DNA from: an uncultured Microthrixaceae bacterium
GTDB taxonomy: Bacteria; Actinomycetota; Acidimicrobiia; Acidimicrobiales; DATDAH01
Assembly: GCA_963725155.1 (NCBI GenBank)
Contig: CAVRXU010000002.1
Coordinates: 492,506 to 556,505, forward strand
Length of the DNA: 64,000 bases
Direction: 5' to 3'
The notes under the pieces were generated by a model, which ran no database searches, had not been told where the DNA came from, and saw only the letters and a list, made by a program, of their open reading frames with translations. The translations under genes and the position numbers were made by a program. Below, in pieces: positions 8,541 through 17,006 of this stretch (within the stretch, counting starts at the first letter, position 1; the number at the start of each line of letters is the position of its first letter).

Positions 8541-10334
8541 CTACCCCGCGAAGGTGGGAGTGGCCGAGATCGGCGCCACCGTGCCGGGTGGGGCGGCTGC
8601 TCGTCGGCGCTCGAAGTCGGTGGCGATCCGGTCCGAGCGGTCCAGATCGGCTCCCAGGTCCATCGCGACGAGCGCGCACGGGCTCACGGCGCAGTTGACG
8701 AGCCGTCCGTCGGACAGGTGGAGGAACTGACGTAGTCGCAGGCGGGTGCGCCACGCCACGCCGGCGGCGGGCCCACCCTCTGAGCCAGTCCCGTCGAAGT
8801 GCGAGTGGACGTAATGCCGCGTCCGCCGAGCGCAGCCGCCGACGTCGGTGGCGTTGGCCGCACACTGCATGAGGACGACGGTGCCTTCGGGGCGTCCTCC
8901 TGTACCCGATACCCGCACTTGGTCGCCGCCGTGCAGGCCGGCGAGGTCACCGGTCCGGAACCGGGGCTCCATCAGCGGTCGGCTGTCGTCGAACTCGAGG
9001 GGGGTCCTCACCGCCTCGCTGAGGTCCTCGAAGTCGTCCTCCGCGAACACGAACAGTGAGCACGACCGGACTCGGCAGTCGAAGCGGCCTCGTGACACCC
9101 GGAAGGTGGCGGCCACGCCCTGACGGAGGGTCAACCCACCGTCCTCGTCGGTCTCGGCGAACCCGAACGTGTTCGTGTCGCAGCCACCGAAGTCAATGGC
9201 CGCGGACCGGCACTGCACCACGGCGACGTAGTTGTTCGGCCGCCAGCCCGCGCCGTCGACCTCGACGATGTCGCCGTCGGCCAACCCGGTCGACGGCGTG
9301 ACGGTGACGGTCGGCGGCGGGGCCAACGGACCTGCGGGGTCGAAGTCGAGCGCGGCCTGCGCTCCCGCGGCGAAGCCCTCGTCGCTGTCCCGTACCGACA
9401 GCACGCACCCACCTGTGCGGCAGTCGTGGGTGGCCCCGCCCTCGAGATGCAGGATTGTCTCCACCCGGAACGGCGTGTCCAGATGGCCGTCGGTGTCGAC
9501 CTCTCCGAACCCGTACGTGCTGTTGTCACAGTCGTCGTAGCCGTCGGCCGGCAGCCGGCACTGGAGGAGCTCGGCGTAGCCACCCCAGCGGGGATCGAGC
9601 GTGAAGTCGTCGCCGGTCACCTGCACCTGCTGGTGATCGACCAGTCCGGAGTCGGGGTCGACCGTGACGGTGCGGCGCACCGGGTCGGGCCCCGCGGGGT
9701 CGAAGCTCAGCTCCACGAACCGGGCGCCGGTGGCCGACGGGTTGTTGTTGGAGCCGATGACGCAGACCTCGACACGGCAGTCGAAGGTCCCCTCGCTGGT
9801 CTCCAGCATCACGACGACCTCGTACTCGAGGCGAAAGTTGCCCGCCGCGTCGGTCTGGGCGAACTCGACCCGCCCACAGCCCGCGGTGCTGGAGATGCCC
9901 GAGATGCACTGCGCCGCCCCCTGGCCACCGTCGTGGGGCTGCCACCCGCGGCCCCGGATCACAACGACCTGGCCGTGGACGAGGTTGTTGTGGGGAGTGA
10001 CCGTCAGGGTGCGGGGCCCGCCCTCGGTGACGGGCGGATCGGCCTCGACCGTGGTCGCGGCGACGGGATCCTCGGGTACGTCCGGTTCGGTGGCCGGTTC
10101 GTCGGCCGGCGTGGTGGTCGGGGGCAACGTCGTGTCGGTCGGGACGGTGTCGGGCCCGCTCGTGATCGGCACCGCGGGGTCACTCGCCGCCGGGTCCTGC
10201 TGGGCGCCGCTGGCGGCCGGCCAGGCGGCCGCCAACAGCAGCGCGATCAGCAGGACCACCCCCCTTCCCCTCACCGTGCGGGACCTTAGGGCTCCTCGCT
10301 CGGTCGATGAAGGACGTGCGCCACGGTTGTCCAC
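8541..10334 (-). CDS. secreted protein with four Cys-containing Ig-like (neocarzinostatin-family-like) repeats
   Basis: Signal/TM VVLLIALLLAAAWPAASGAQQ and a Thr/Pro-rich linker. Four repeats of about 110-120 aa of form TVTV.P..GL..G..V.V.G.G(W/F)...QC....C......G.F.....DCR...C. Confidence 0.7.
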   Translation of the reverse strand: MDNRGARPSSTERGALRSRTVRGRGVVLLIALLLAAAWPAASGAQQDPAASDPAVPITSGPDTVPTDTTLPPTTTPADEPATEPDVPEDPVAATTVEADPPVTEGGPRTLTVTPHNNLVHGQVVVIRGRGWQPHDGGQGAAQCISGISSTAGCGRVEFAQTDAAGNFRLEYEVVVMLETSEGTFDCRVEVCVIGSNNNPSATGARFVELSFDPAGPDPVRRTVTVDPDSGLVDHQQVQVTGDDFTLDPRWGGYAELLQCRLPADGYDDCDNSTYGFGEVDTDGHLDTPFRVETILHLEGGATHDCRTGGCVLSVRDSDEGFAAGAQAALDFDPAGPLAPPPTVTVTPSTGLADGDIVEVDGAGWRPNNYVAVVQCRSAAIDFGGCDTNTFGFAETDEDGGLTLRQGVAATFRVSRGRFDCRVRSCSLFVFAEDDFEDLSEAVRTPLEFDDSRPLMEPRFRTGDLAGLHGGDQVRVSGTGGRPEGTVVLMQCAANATDVGGCARRTRHYVHSHFDGTGSEGGPAAGVAWRTRLRLRQFLHLSDGRLVNCAVSPCALVAMDLGADLDRSDRIATDFERRRAAAPPGTVAPISATPTFAG

Positions 10335-10479
10335 GTTGCTCTCCCCTCGGACGCCGGCGCCCGTGACCGGTTGTGACGATCCGACCTGCCCGATGGTTCC
10401 CCGGCAGCGCGAGGATTTCCCAGCCAGGGCAGAGCGACAGACGGTCAGGGCGGCCGCTGCCGGAAGAGGCTGCGTCCGA

Positions 10480-10684
10480 GTGTCAGCATTTTCCCTAGAC
10501 GGGACTCAGCTGTCTGCCTATGGCCCTCACCACCCTCCGCTGTCACGCTGTGTGGCGCACAGAGAATCCAAGGGTCTATCCTCCGGTCAACGCATCACGT
10601 AGAGTGATGGGTCTGGACCCCGAGAGTGGTCCTTCGAGGCGATCTAACGGAACCGACGGGGTTCCAAGGGAGAGGGGCGTTTTG
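10480..10684 (+). promoter_or_regulatory. conserved promoter/5' leader, copy A (candidate cis-regulatory RNA)
   Basis: Nucleotide-level match to the reverse complement of 34799-35004. Local hairpins at 10593-10609 (CATCAC-GTAGA-GTGATG), 10615-10632 (GGACC...GGTCC) and 10649-10665 (GGAACC-GACGG-GGTTCC). The last abuts the SD AAGGGAGAGGGG and ATG 10685. Confidence 0.6.
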
Positions 10685-13477
10685 ATGGCGGTTACCACGG
10701 AGTGGGCCGACGTGTCGGCCACCGTTCAGCCGGCCGCGGGTCCGGGCAAGGCGGGTAGGCCGGCTGCATTGCTGAGGGCGCTGGTTGCAGCGATTCTCGC
10801 AGTGTGCTCGATCGCGCTGGCTGTCGCGAGCCCGCAGGCGGCGCAGGCGTCGATCTCGCAGCCTGCGCTGGTGTCGGAGAACCCGTCCGACACCACCCCC
10901 CACATCATCATGGGGACCGCGGGGGAGGACATCCGCGCCTTCGCTCAGGTCGGCAACACGGTGTATGCCGGTGGCCTGTTCAACCAGGTCCAGGACTGGG
11001 CCAGGACGACCACCTACAACCGGCAGAACTTCGTCGCCTTCGACCGCGAGACCGGGGTCGTCTCCCCGCTCGACCTCGCCTTCAACGGGCGGGTCGGTGG
11101 CATCGAGGCCACCGCCGATGGAACGGCGCTGTTCATCGCCGGCGCCTTCTCGAAGGTCAACGGGATCACCCGCCGGGGTCTGGTCAAGTACGACCTGGTC
11201 AACAACCGGATCGACCCGACCTTCCTGGCCGGGAACATGCGAACGGTCTCTGACATCAAGCTGGCCAACGGTTCGCTCATCGCCGCGGGGAACTTCACCG
11301 GGCATGTGGCGGCGCTGAACCCGACCACGGGCGCCAACCTCGGCACCATCAACGTCACCGTGGCCGGGGTGGTCAATCCGGGCGACGAGACCCGGGTCCG
11401 ACACATCGCGGTGTCCCCCAACGGCACCCGGCTGGTGGCCACCGGCAACTTCGCCACGGTCAACGGCCAGAGCCGCAGGCGGGCCTTCATGCTCAACCTT
11501 GGCGCCACCGCCACCCTGAGCACCTGGCACGCCCCCCGTTTCGATGTGACCTGCGCGGCGGGCGGCAGCCGGCTGGAAAGCGCCCAGGGCGTGGACTTCT
11601 CCCCTGACGGCACCTACTTCGTGGTCGTGGCCACCGGCGGGCCGACCGGCACCAACGGGGTCTGTGACGCCGCGGCCCGGTTCGAGACCGCCAATGTCAG
11701 CGCCAACGCCGCGCCCACCTGGATCAACTGGACCGGCGGCGACACCCTCTACAGCGTGGCCATCACCGGCGTGGCGGTCTATGTCGGCGGCCACCAACGC
11801 TGGCTCGACAACCCCCAGGGCCGCGACTCCGCCGGTCCCGGCGCCGTGTCCCGCCCGGGCATCGGCGCCCTCAACCCGACGACCGGCACGGCGTTGCCCT
11901 GGAACCCGACCAAGTCCCGCAACCACGGCACCATGGTCCTCTACCCCACCCCACAAGGGCTCTGGGTGGGCAGCGACGGCACCGAGTTCGGGCACGAACC
12001 CCACGACGGGATCGGCTTCGCCCCCCTCGACGTCGCCTCCCCGCCGGACACGACCCGGCCCAACACGACCATCACCGCGGGCCCGTCCGGCTCGGTGACG
12101 GCCACCTCGGCCACGTTCAGCTTCTCCTCCACCGAAGCGGGGGCGTTCCAGTGCCGCCTCGACAGCGCCGCTTTCGCCCCCTGCACCTCACCGACGAGCT
12201 ACGCCGACCTGGCCCTCGGCGCCCACACCTTCCAAGTGGTCGCCAGCGACCCCTCGCTCAACGTGGACTTCACCGCAGCGGTGAGGACATGGACCGTGCA
12301 GTCCGGCGACGGCAACCTGGTCGGAAACCCGGGCTTCGAGGTGGACACGTCCGGTTGGACGGGCGACGTGGCGGCCAACACGCTGAGCCGAGTCGCGGGC
12401 GGGCACTCAGGCGGCTGGGCGGCCGAGGTCTCGAACACCGTGGCCGGTGGAAGCTGCGGGCTCAACGACCAGCCGGGCTGGGTGGGCCTCACCGAGGCCG
12501 GCAGCTACGCCGTGAGCATCTGGGCCCGCTCGGACACCCCCGGGCTCACGCTGAGACTGCGGGTCCGTGAGTTCGCGGGCGGCGTGCAGCAGGGCTCGGC
12601 CTCACCCACGATGGCGCTGACCTCGTCGTGGCAACAGCTGACGGCGAACTACACACCCGTCGCGCCGGGATCGTCGAACCTCGATGTCGAGGCCTTCACG
12701 GCCAGCTCGCCCGTCGGGGTGTGCTTCCGCGCTGACGACGCATCCATCACCCACGGCCCCCCGCCCGACACGACCCCGCCCGACACGGTCATCGACTCGG
12801 GTCCGTCGGGTTCGGTGACGGACACGTCGGCCACCTTCAGCTTCTCGTCCACCGAGCCGGGGACGTTCCAGTGCAGCCTCGACGGCGCTGGGTTCGCCCC
12901 GTGCACCTCACCGGCGAGCTACTCGGGTCTGGCCGCGACCTCGCACACCTTCCAGGTCGCCGCCGTCGACAACTCGCTCAACGTCGACGCCAGCCCGGCG
13001 GAGCGGACCTGGACCGTGCTGCCACCGGCGGTCAACCTGGTCGGAAACCCCGGGTTCGAGGTGGACACGTCCGGCTGGACGGGTGATGCGGCTTCCAACA
13101 CGCTGAGCCGGGTCGCGGGCGGGCACTCGGGTGGTTGGGCCGCGCAGATCTCCAACACCGTGGCCGGTGCCAACTGCGGGGTCAGCGACAAGCCGAACTG
13201 GGTGACCACCACACAGGCCGGTGCCTACACCGTGGGCTTCTGGGCCCGATCGGACACCCCCGGGCTCACCTTCAGGGTGCGCGTGCGCGAGTACGCGGGC
13301 GGCGTGCTGCAGGGATCGATCTCGACCTCGGTGGCACTCACCTCGTCGTGGCAACTGGTGACCACGGCCTACACGCCGGTCGCGCCGGGATCGTCGACCC
13401 TTGACGTCGAGGCCTACACGATCAGCTCGCCCGTCGGCGTGTGCCTCCAGCTCGACGACGCATCCATCACCCACTGA
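10685..13477 (+). CDS. large secreted protein: N-terminal beta-propeller (DUF5122-like GxF..VNG repeats) followed by two [Ig-like + CBM4/9-like] modules
   Basis: Start trimmed to MAVTTEWADVS (ATG 10685). TM/signal ALVAAILAVCSIALAVASPQAAQA. Repeats YAGGLFNQV / FIAGAFSKVNG / VATGNFATVNG. Two modules PSGSVT.TSATFSFSS...FQC.LD...CTSP.SY...HTF.V then NLVGNPGFEVDTSGWTG.... Confidence 0.85.
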   Translation: MAVTTEWADVSATVQPAAGPGKAGRPAALLRALVAAILAVCSIALAVASPQAAQASISQPALVSENPSDTTPHIIMGTAGEDIRAFAQVGNTVYAGGLFNQVQDWARTTTYNRQNFVAFDRETGVVSPLDLAFNGRVGGIEATADGTALFIAGAFSKVNGITRRGLVKYDLVNNRIDPTFLAGNMRTVSDIKLANGSLIAAGNFTGHVAALNPTTGANLGTINVTVAGVVNPGDETRVRHIAVSPNGTRLVATGNFATVNGQSRRRAFMLNLGATATLSTWHAPRFDVTCAAGGSRLESAQGVDFSPDGTYFVVVATGGPTGTNGVCDAAARFETANVSANAAPTWINWTGGDTLYSVAITGVAVYVGGHQRWLDNPQGRDSAGPGAVSRPGIGALNPTTGTALPWNPTKSRNHGTMVLYPTPQGLWVGSDGTEFGHEPHDGIGFAPLDVASPPDTTRPNTTITAGPSGSVTATSATFSFSSTEAGAFQCRLDSAAFAPCTSPTSYADLALGAHTFQVVASDPSLNVDFTAAVRTWTVQSGDGNLVGNPGFEVDTSGWTGDVAANTLSRVAGGHSGGWAAEVSNTVAGGSCGLNDQPGWVGLTEAGSYAVSIWARSDTPGLTLRLRVREFAGGVQQGSASPTMALTSSWQQLTANYTPVAPGSSNLDVEAFTASSPVGVCFRADDASITHGPPPDTTPPDTVIDSGPSGSVTDTSATFSFSSTEPGTFQCSLDGAGFAPCTSPASYSGLAATSHTFQVAAVDNSLNVDASPAERTWTVLPPAVNLVGNPGFEVDTSGWTGDAASNTLSRVAGGHSGGWAAQISNTVAGANCGVSDKPNWVTTTQAGAYTVGFWARSDTPGLTFRVRVREYAGGVLQGSISTSVALTSSWQLVTTAYTPVAPGSSTLDVEAYTISSPVGVCLQLDDASITH
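12041..13477 (+). repeat. intragenic tandem duplication, 2 units of about 720 bp (Ig-like + CBM module)
   Basis: Unit 1 starts ccgccggacacgacccggcccaac (12041). Unit 2 starts ccgcccgacacgaccccgcccgac (12761). Diverged copies aligned by eye along the whole unit. Confidence 0.85.
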
Positions 13478-13485
13478 GCCGCGAG

Positions 13486-13515
13486 CCGCTCCCACCCAAC
13501 GGGGGGTGGGAGCGG
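13486..13515 (+). terminator. GC-rich stem-loop just after the stop of 10685-13477
   Basis: CCGCTCCCACCC-aacggg-GGGTGGGAGCGG, a perfect 12-bp stem. No U-tract follows, which is common in high-GC actinobacteria. Confidence 0.5.
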
Positions 13516-13597
13516 ACTCGCGACATGGGGGGCCCGAACCGGTCCGAGGGCCGTGCGGCTGTACCCACACCGCACCAGGCTCTGGTACACCCACACG

Positions 13598-14161
13598 ATG
13601 AACCAGATGCACCGTGACTTCCTGGCCAGCCCGGCGTGGGCCCAGATGCTCGAGGACGAGCTGGCCCCCTGGCTCGACGGGATCGGTGACCTCGGTGACG
13701 ACGTGCTGGAGGTCGGTCCCGGACCGGGCCTCGTCACCGACCTGCTCCGGGCCCGAGTGTCCCAGGTGACGGCCGTCGAGCTCGACCCCGACCTCGCGTC
13801 GGCGCTGGCCACGCGCTTGGCGGGGACGGGCGTCCAGGTCATCCACGGCGACGCGGCACGGACCGACCTTCCCGGCGACCGCTTCTCGGCGGCAGTGTGC
13901 TGTTCGATGCTGCACCACGTCCCCACGTCGTCAGCCCAGGACGACGTCCTGCGTGAGCTCGGCCGAGTCGTTCGACCCGGCGGTCGGCTCGTGCTGGTCG
14001 ACTCACGAGACGAGCCGCCCATCCGGGCGTTCCATGAAGACGACACCTTCATGCCCCTCCCCGAGGAGACGATCATCGCCCGGACCGAGGTCGCCGGGTT
14101 CGTCGACGCCGACCTCGTGATCGACGAGTTCGAGCTGAGGCTCCACGCCGTGAAGAGATAG
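13598..14161 (+). CDS. class I SAM-dependent methyltransferase
   Basis: Motif I VLEVGPGPGLVT, then VTAVELDP and VIHGDA. Start taken at MNQMHRDF (ATG 13598). Confidence 0.8.
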   Translation: MNQMHRDFLASPAWAQMLEDELAPWLDGIGDLGDDVLEVGPGPGLVTDLLRARVSQVTAVELDPDLASALATRLAGTGVQVIHGDAARTDLPGDRFSAAVCCSMLHHVPTSSAQDDVLRELGRVVRPGGRLVLVDSRDEPPIRAFHEDDTFMPLPEETIIARTEVAGFVDADLVIDEFELRLHAVKR

Positions 14162-14213
14162 GTCCTCGGGACCTCGTCGGCCTTCCGATTCGGCGAACTG
14201 CGAGACTGCCGCC

Positions 14214-16403
14214 GTGCACCTGGAGGCGGCGAACGGGCTGGCCCTCGACGTGTCGGACGGCGGGACCGTCCGCATCGGTTGGGGCGAGCCCGACTGGTTC
14301 GGCCCCGGCACCGCCACCCCGCCGAGGTCGGGTCCCGTCGCCTCACCGGTCCTGTGGGTCGACGACCTGGGTGAGGCCGGCGTCGTCGTCGTCGTCGACG
14401 GCCCGATCCGATGCTCGGTCAGGGCCTACGACGACCGCCCGATGCTCGTGTTCCGGAGCGAATCCACCACCGCCCTGTCGGGTCTCGCCACCGGCGCCTT
14501 CGACCGGCCGTCGGTCGGGTGGCCGGTCTTCACCCCCGTCGAGCGGCTGGCCGGCGGCGTGCCCGACGGCACCCGGGCCCTCGTCTTCCAGCACTGCGAG
14601 TTCGGCCTGCCGAGCCAGGCCGGATCCGACCTCGACGGATTCTTCCTCCTGCCCCACCGGCCGCCGACAGGCTGGCCCCTGCTCCTCGCCGCCCCCGACA
14701 GCCGCACGCTCCTCGTGGCGCCTCTCGACGCCTTCCACGAGCAGACCATCGGGCTGAACGCCGGCACCGTCCGCTGTGGGTGGCACGGCGACCTGGAGGA
14801 GGTCGACGCCGGTTTCGCGACGGAGTTGCTGGTCCTCGCCGGCGACGGGCCGCGGGCGTGCCTCGACGAGTGGGGCCGGCTGCTGCTCGAGCGGGCCGGC
14901 ACCGTGCGTCCGGGCCGCTGGCCCGACGCCCTCGGATCCCGTCCGTCGTACTGGACCGACAACGGCGCCGCCTACTGGTACCGGACCGAACCGGGGCACG
15001 ACCCGGCCGGATCGGTCGTCGCCGCCGTCGACGACCTACGCGAGCGGGGCGTCCCACTGGGCAGCGTGCAGCTCGACTCGTGGTTCTACCCGCACGTCGA
15101 CCTGCGACCGTTCGACACCGACGAGTGGGTCGTCCCGCCGTCGGCCCTCATGGCCTGGGAGGCCCGTCCGAACATCCTGCCCGACGGCATCGGCGACCTC
15201 CGGGCCCGCCTCGGTCACCCGCTGGTCGCCCACATCCGTCACCTGTCGTCCGAGGCACCGATCGCCCGCGAGGTGCCGGTGGCGACCGACGGCCCGTACG
15301 CCGTGCCCACCACCCCCGAGGCCTACGAGCGGTGGCTCGACCAATGCCTCGCCTGGGGCGTCGAGACCTTCGAGCACGACTGGATGGTCGAGGTGTTCTT
15401 CGGCGTGCGGTGGCTCCGGGCCCGTCCCGGGCGGGCGCAGGCGTGGCAGGAGGGGATCGACCGGGCGGCCCGCGCCCGGGGCATCACCCTGCAGTGGTGC
15501 ATGGCCACCCCGGCCGACTTCGCCCAGACCGTCACCCTCACCCAGGTCACGTCGGTGCGCACCAGCGGCGACCACGGTTACATCGCCACGCCTGGCCAGC
15601 TCTGGGCCTGGTTCTGCACCACCAACGCCCTCGCCCGCAGCCTCGGGCTGATGCCGTTCAAGGACGTCTTCCGGGCCGACCCCGACGTGGCGGGCGACGA
15701 CGGTGAGCCGGAGGCGCTGCTGTCGGCGCTGTCCACCGGGCCGGTGGCGCTCGGCGACCGGGTCGGCCGGTCGGACCCCTCCCTGGCCCTCCGCACGTGT
15801 CGGGCCGACGGGCTCCTGATCAAGCCCGACGTGCCCGTCGCCGCCACCGACGAGTCGATGGTCGGCTCCGCCGCCTTCCAGAGCGAACTGCTGGTCGCCG
15901 AGTGCTTCTCCGACCACCCGGCCGGCCGCTGGGCGTACGTCGTCGGCCTCCACGCCAACCCCTCGGACGCGCCGGTCACCGGCGACATCGCCCTCGCGGA
16001 GCTCGGAGCGAGCGCGCCGGCCGGCGACGTCGTGGTGTGGGACTGGCGAGCGGGCACGGCGACGCGGTTACCTGGCGACGCGACGTGGCCGACAACGCTT
16101 CCGAGGGAGGGGTGGACCTATCTCGTGCTGGCTCCGGTGCTGCCCACCGGCCTGGCGGTGATCGGCGACACCAGCAAGTTCGTCACAGCAGGCGACGCTC
16201 GCCTGGAGGTCACCGCCACCGACAGCGGCGCCCGGCTCGTGGTAAAGGGTCCGGCCGAGTCGGTCACGATCACCGGGTGGGCCGAGCGGACACCCGACGC
16301 CGGCGAGCTACCGGTCGACCATGATCCCGCCACCGGGGTGTGGACCATCGTCGTCGAGGTGTCGGAGCGAGGTTGGGTCACGGTCGATCTCGAGGCGGGC
16401 TGA
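14214..16403 (+). CDS. hypothetical protein, possible TIM-barrel glycoside hydrolase with C-terminal beta-sandwich
   Basis: 729-aa ORF with coding-like composition. Motifs YWTDNGAAYWY, VQLDSWFYPH and FEHDWM are reminiscent of glycosidase barrels. No family assignment possible by eye. Confidence 0.45.
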   Translation: MHLEAANGLALDVSDGGTVRIGWGEPDWFGPGTATPPRSGPVASPVLWVDDLGEAGVVVVVDGPIRCSVRAYDDRPMLVFRSESTTALSGLATGAFDRPSVGWPVFTPVERLAGGVPDGTRALVFQHCEFGLPSQAGSDLDGFFLLPHRPPTGWPLLLAAPDSRTLLVAPLDAFHEQTIGLNAGTVRCGWHGDLEEVDAGFATELLVLAGDGPRACLDEWGRLLLERAGTVRPGRWPDALGSRPSYWTDNGAAYWYRTEPGHDPAGSVVAAVDDLRERGVPLGSVQLDSWFYPHVDLRPFDTDEWVVPPSALMAWEARPNILPDGIGDLRARLGHPLVAHIRHLSSEAPIAREVPVATDGPYAVPTTPEAYERWLDQCLAWGVETFEHDWMVEVFFGVRWLRARPGRAQAWQEGIDRAARARGITLQWCMATPADFAQTVTLTQVTSVRTSGDHGYIATPGQLWAWFCTTNALARSLGLMPFKDVFRADPDVAGDDGEPEALLSALSTGPVALGDRVGRSDPSLALRTCRADGLLIKPDVPVAATDESMVGSAAFQSELLVAECFSDHPAGRWAYVVGLHANPSDAPVTGDIALAELGASAPAGDVVVWDWRAGTATRLPGDATWPTTLPREGWTYLVLAPVLPTGLAVIGDTSKFVTAGDARLEVTATDSGARLVVKGPAESVTITGWAERTPDAGELPVDHDPATGVWTIVVEVSERGWVTVDLEAG

Positions 16404-16499
16404 CCGGCGACGTCGAGGTCCGGTGAACCGATGAGTTCCCGGACTGAGTGGGGTCCAAGCCGCTGAGACACGATGTGACCCCGAGCACGAGGAGGAGCA

Positions 16500-16925
16500 A
16501 TGGCCTTTGACCCGTACCTGTTCTTCGGCGGCACCTGCCGCCAGGCGTTCACCCGGTACCAGGAGATCTTCGGGGGTGAGCTGCAGCTGCTGACGATGGC
16601 CGACACGCCCGACAGCGAGGATGTGCCCGCGGAGCAGGCGGACTTGATCATCCACGCCGCCTTGACGCTCGATGACCGCCTCCTGATGGGATCCGACGAC
16701 CCGACCACCGATGACTTCGGCCCGGTGCAGGGGATGATGGTCAGCTATTCGGCGTCCGATGCCGACGACGCCCGGACGGTCTTCGAGGCGCTCGCCGAGG
16801 GCGGTTCGGTCAACCAGGCGCTGACCGAGACCTTCTTCGCGCCCGCCTTCGGGATGTGCGTGGACCGCTTCGGGACCCCCTGGATGGTCAGCGCCGCGCC
16901 CGAGGATGCCCCGGCCGGAAGCTGA
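16500..16925 (+). CDS. VOC/PhnB-like (glyoxalase fold) protein
   Basis: MAFDPYLFFGGTCRQAFTRYQEIFGG...IIHAALTLDDRLLMGSD...DRFGTPWMV, typical of the PhnB/YjdN family. GAGGAGGAG SD upstream. Confidence 0.75.
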   Translation: MAFDPYLFFGGTCRQAFTRYQEIFGGELQLLTMADTPDSEDVPAEQADLIIHAALTLDDRLLMGSDDPTTDDFGPVQGMMVSYSASDADDARTVFEALAEGGSVNQALTETFFAPAFGMCVDRFGTPWMVSAAPEDAPAGS

Positions 16926-17006
16926 GCGGATCCCTCCTCGAACCGCTCCCGCTGGTCGGCCTGGTGCCGAGAGATCTCGTTCAGCCGACCCGCTCGGAAC
17001 GGTGAC

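Noticed and set aside
10520-10684. In-frame upstream extension of the propeller/CBM protein (and 34799-35065 for the sugar transferase) as real coding sequence or leader peptide
   Set aside because: The two copies are conserved as nucleotides, but indels put the homologous blocks in different frames. A strong SD plus ATG sits at the common MAVTTE start.
16926-17006. Weak stem-loops (GAGCGG...CCGCTC, GGTCGGC...GCCGACC) between convergent genes as terminators
   Set aside because: The stems are short with long loops and no U-tract. They are not distinguishable from chance in GC-rich DNA.
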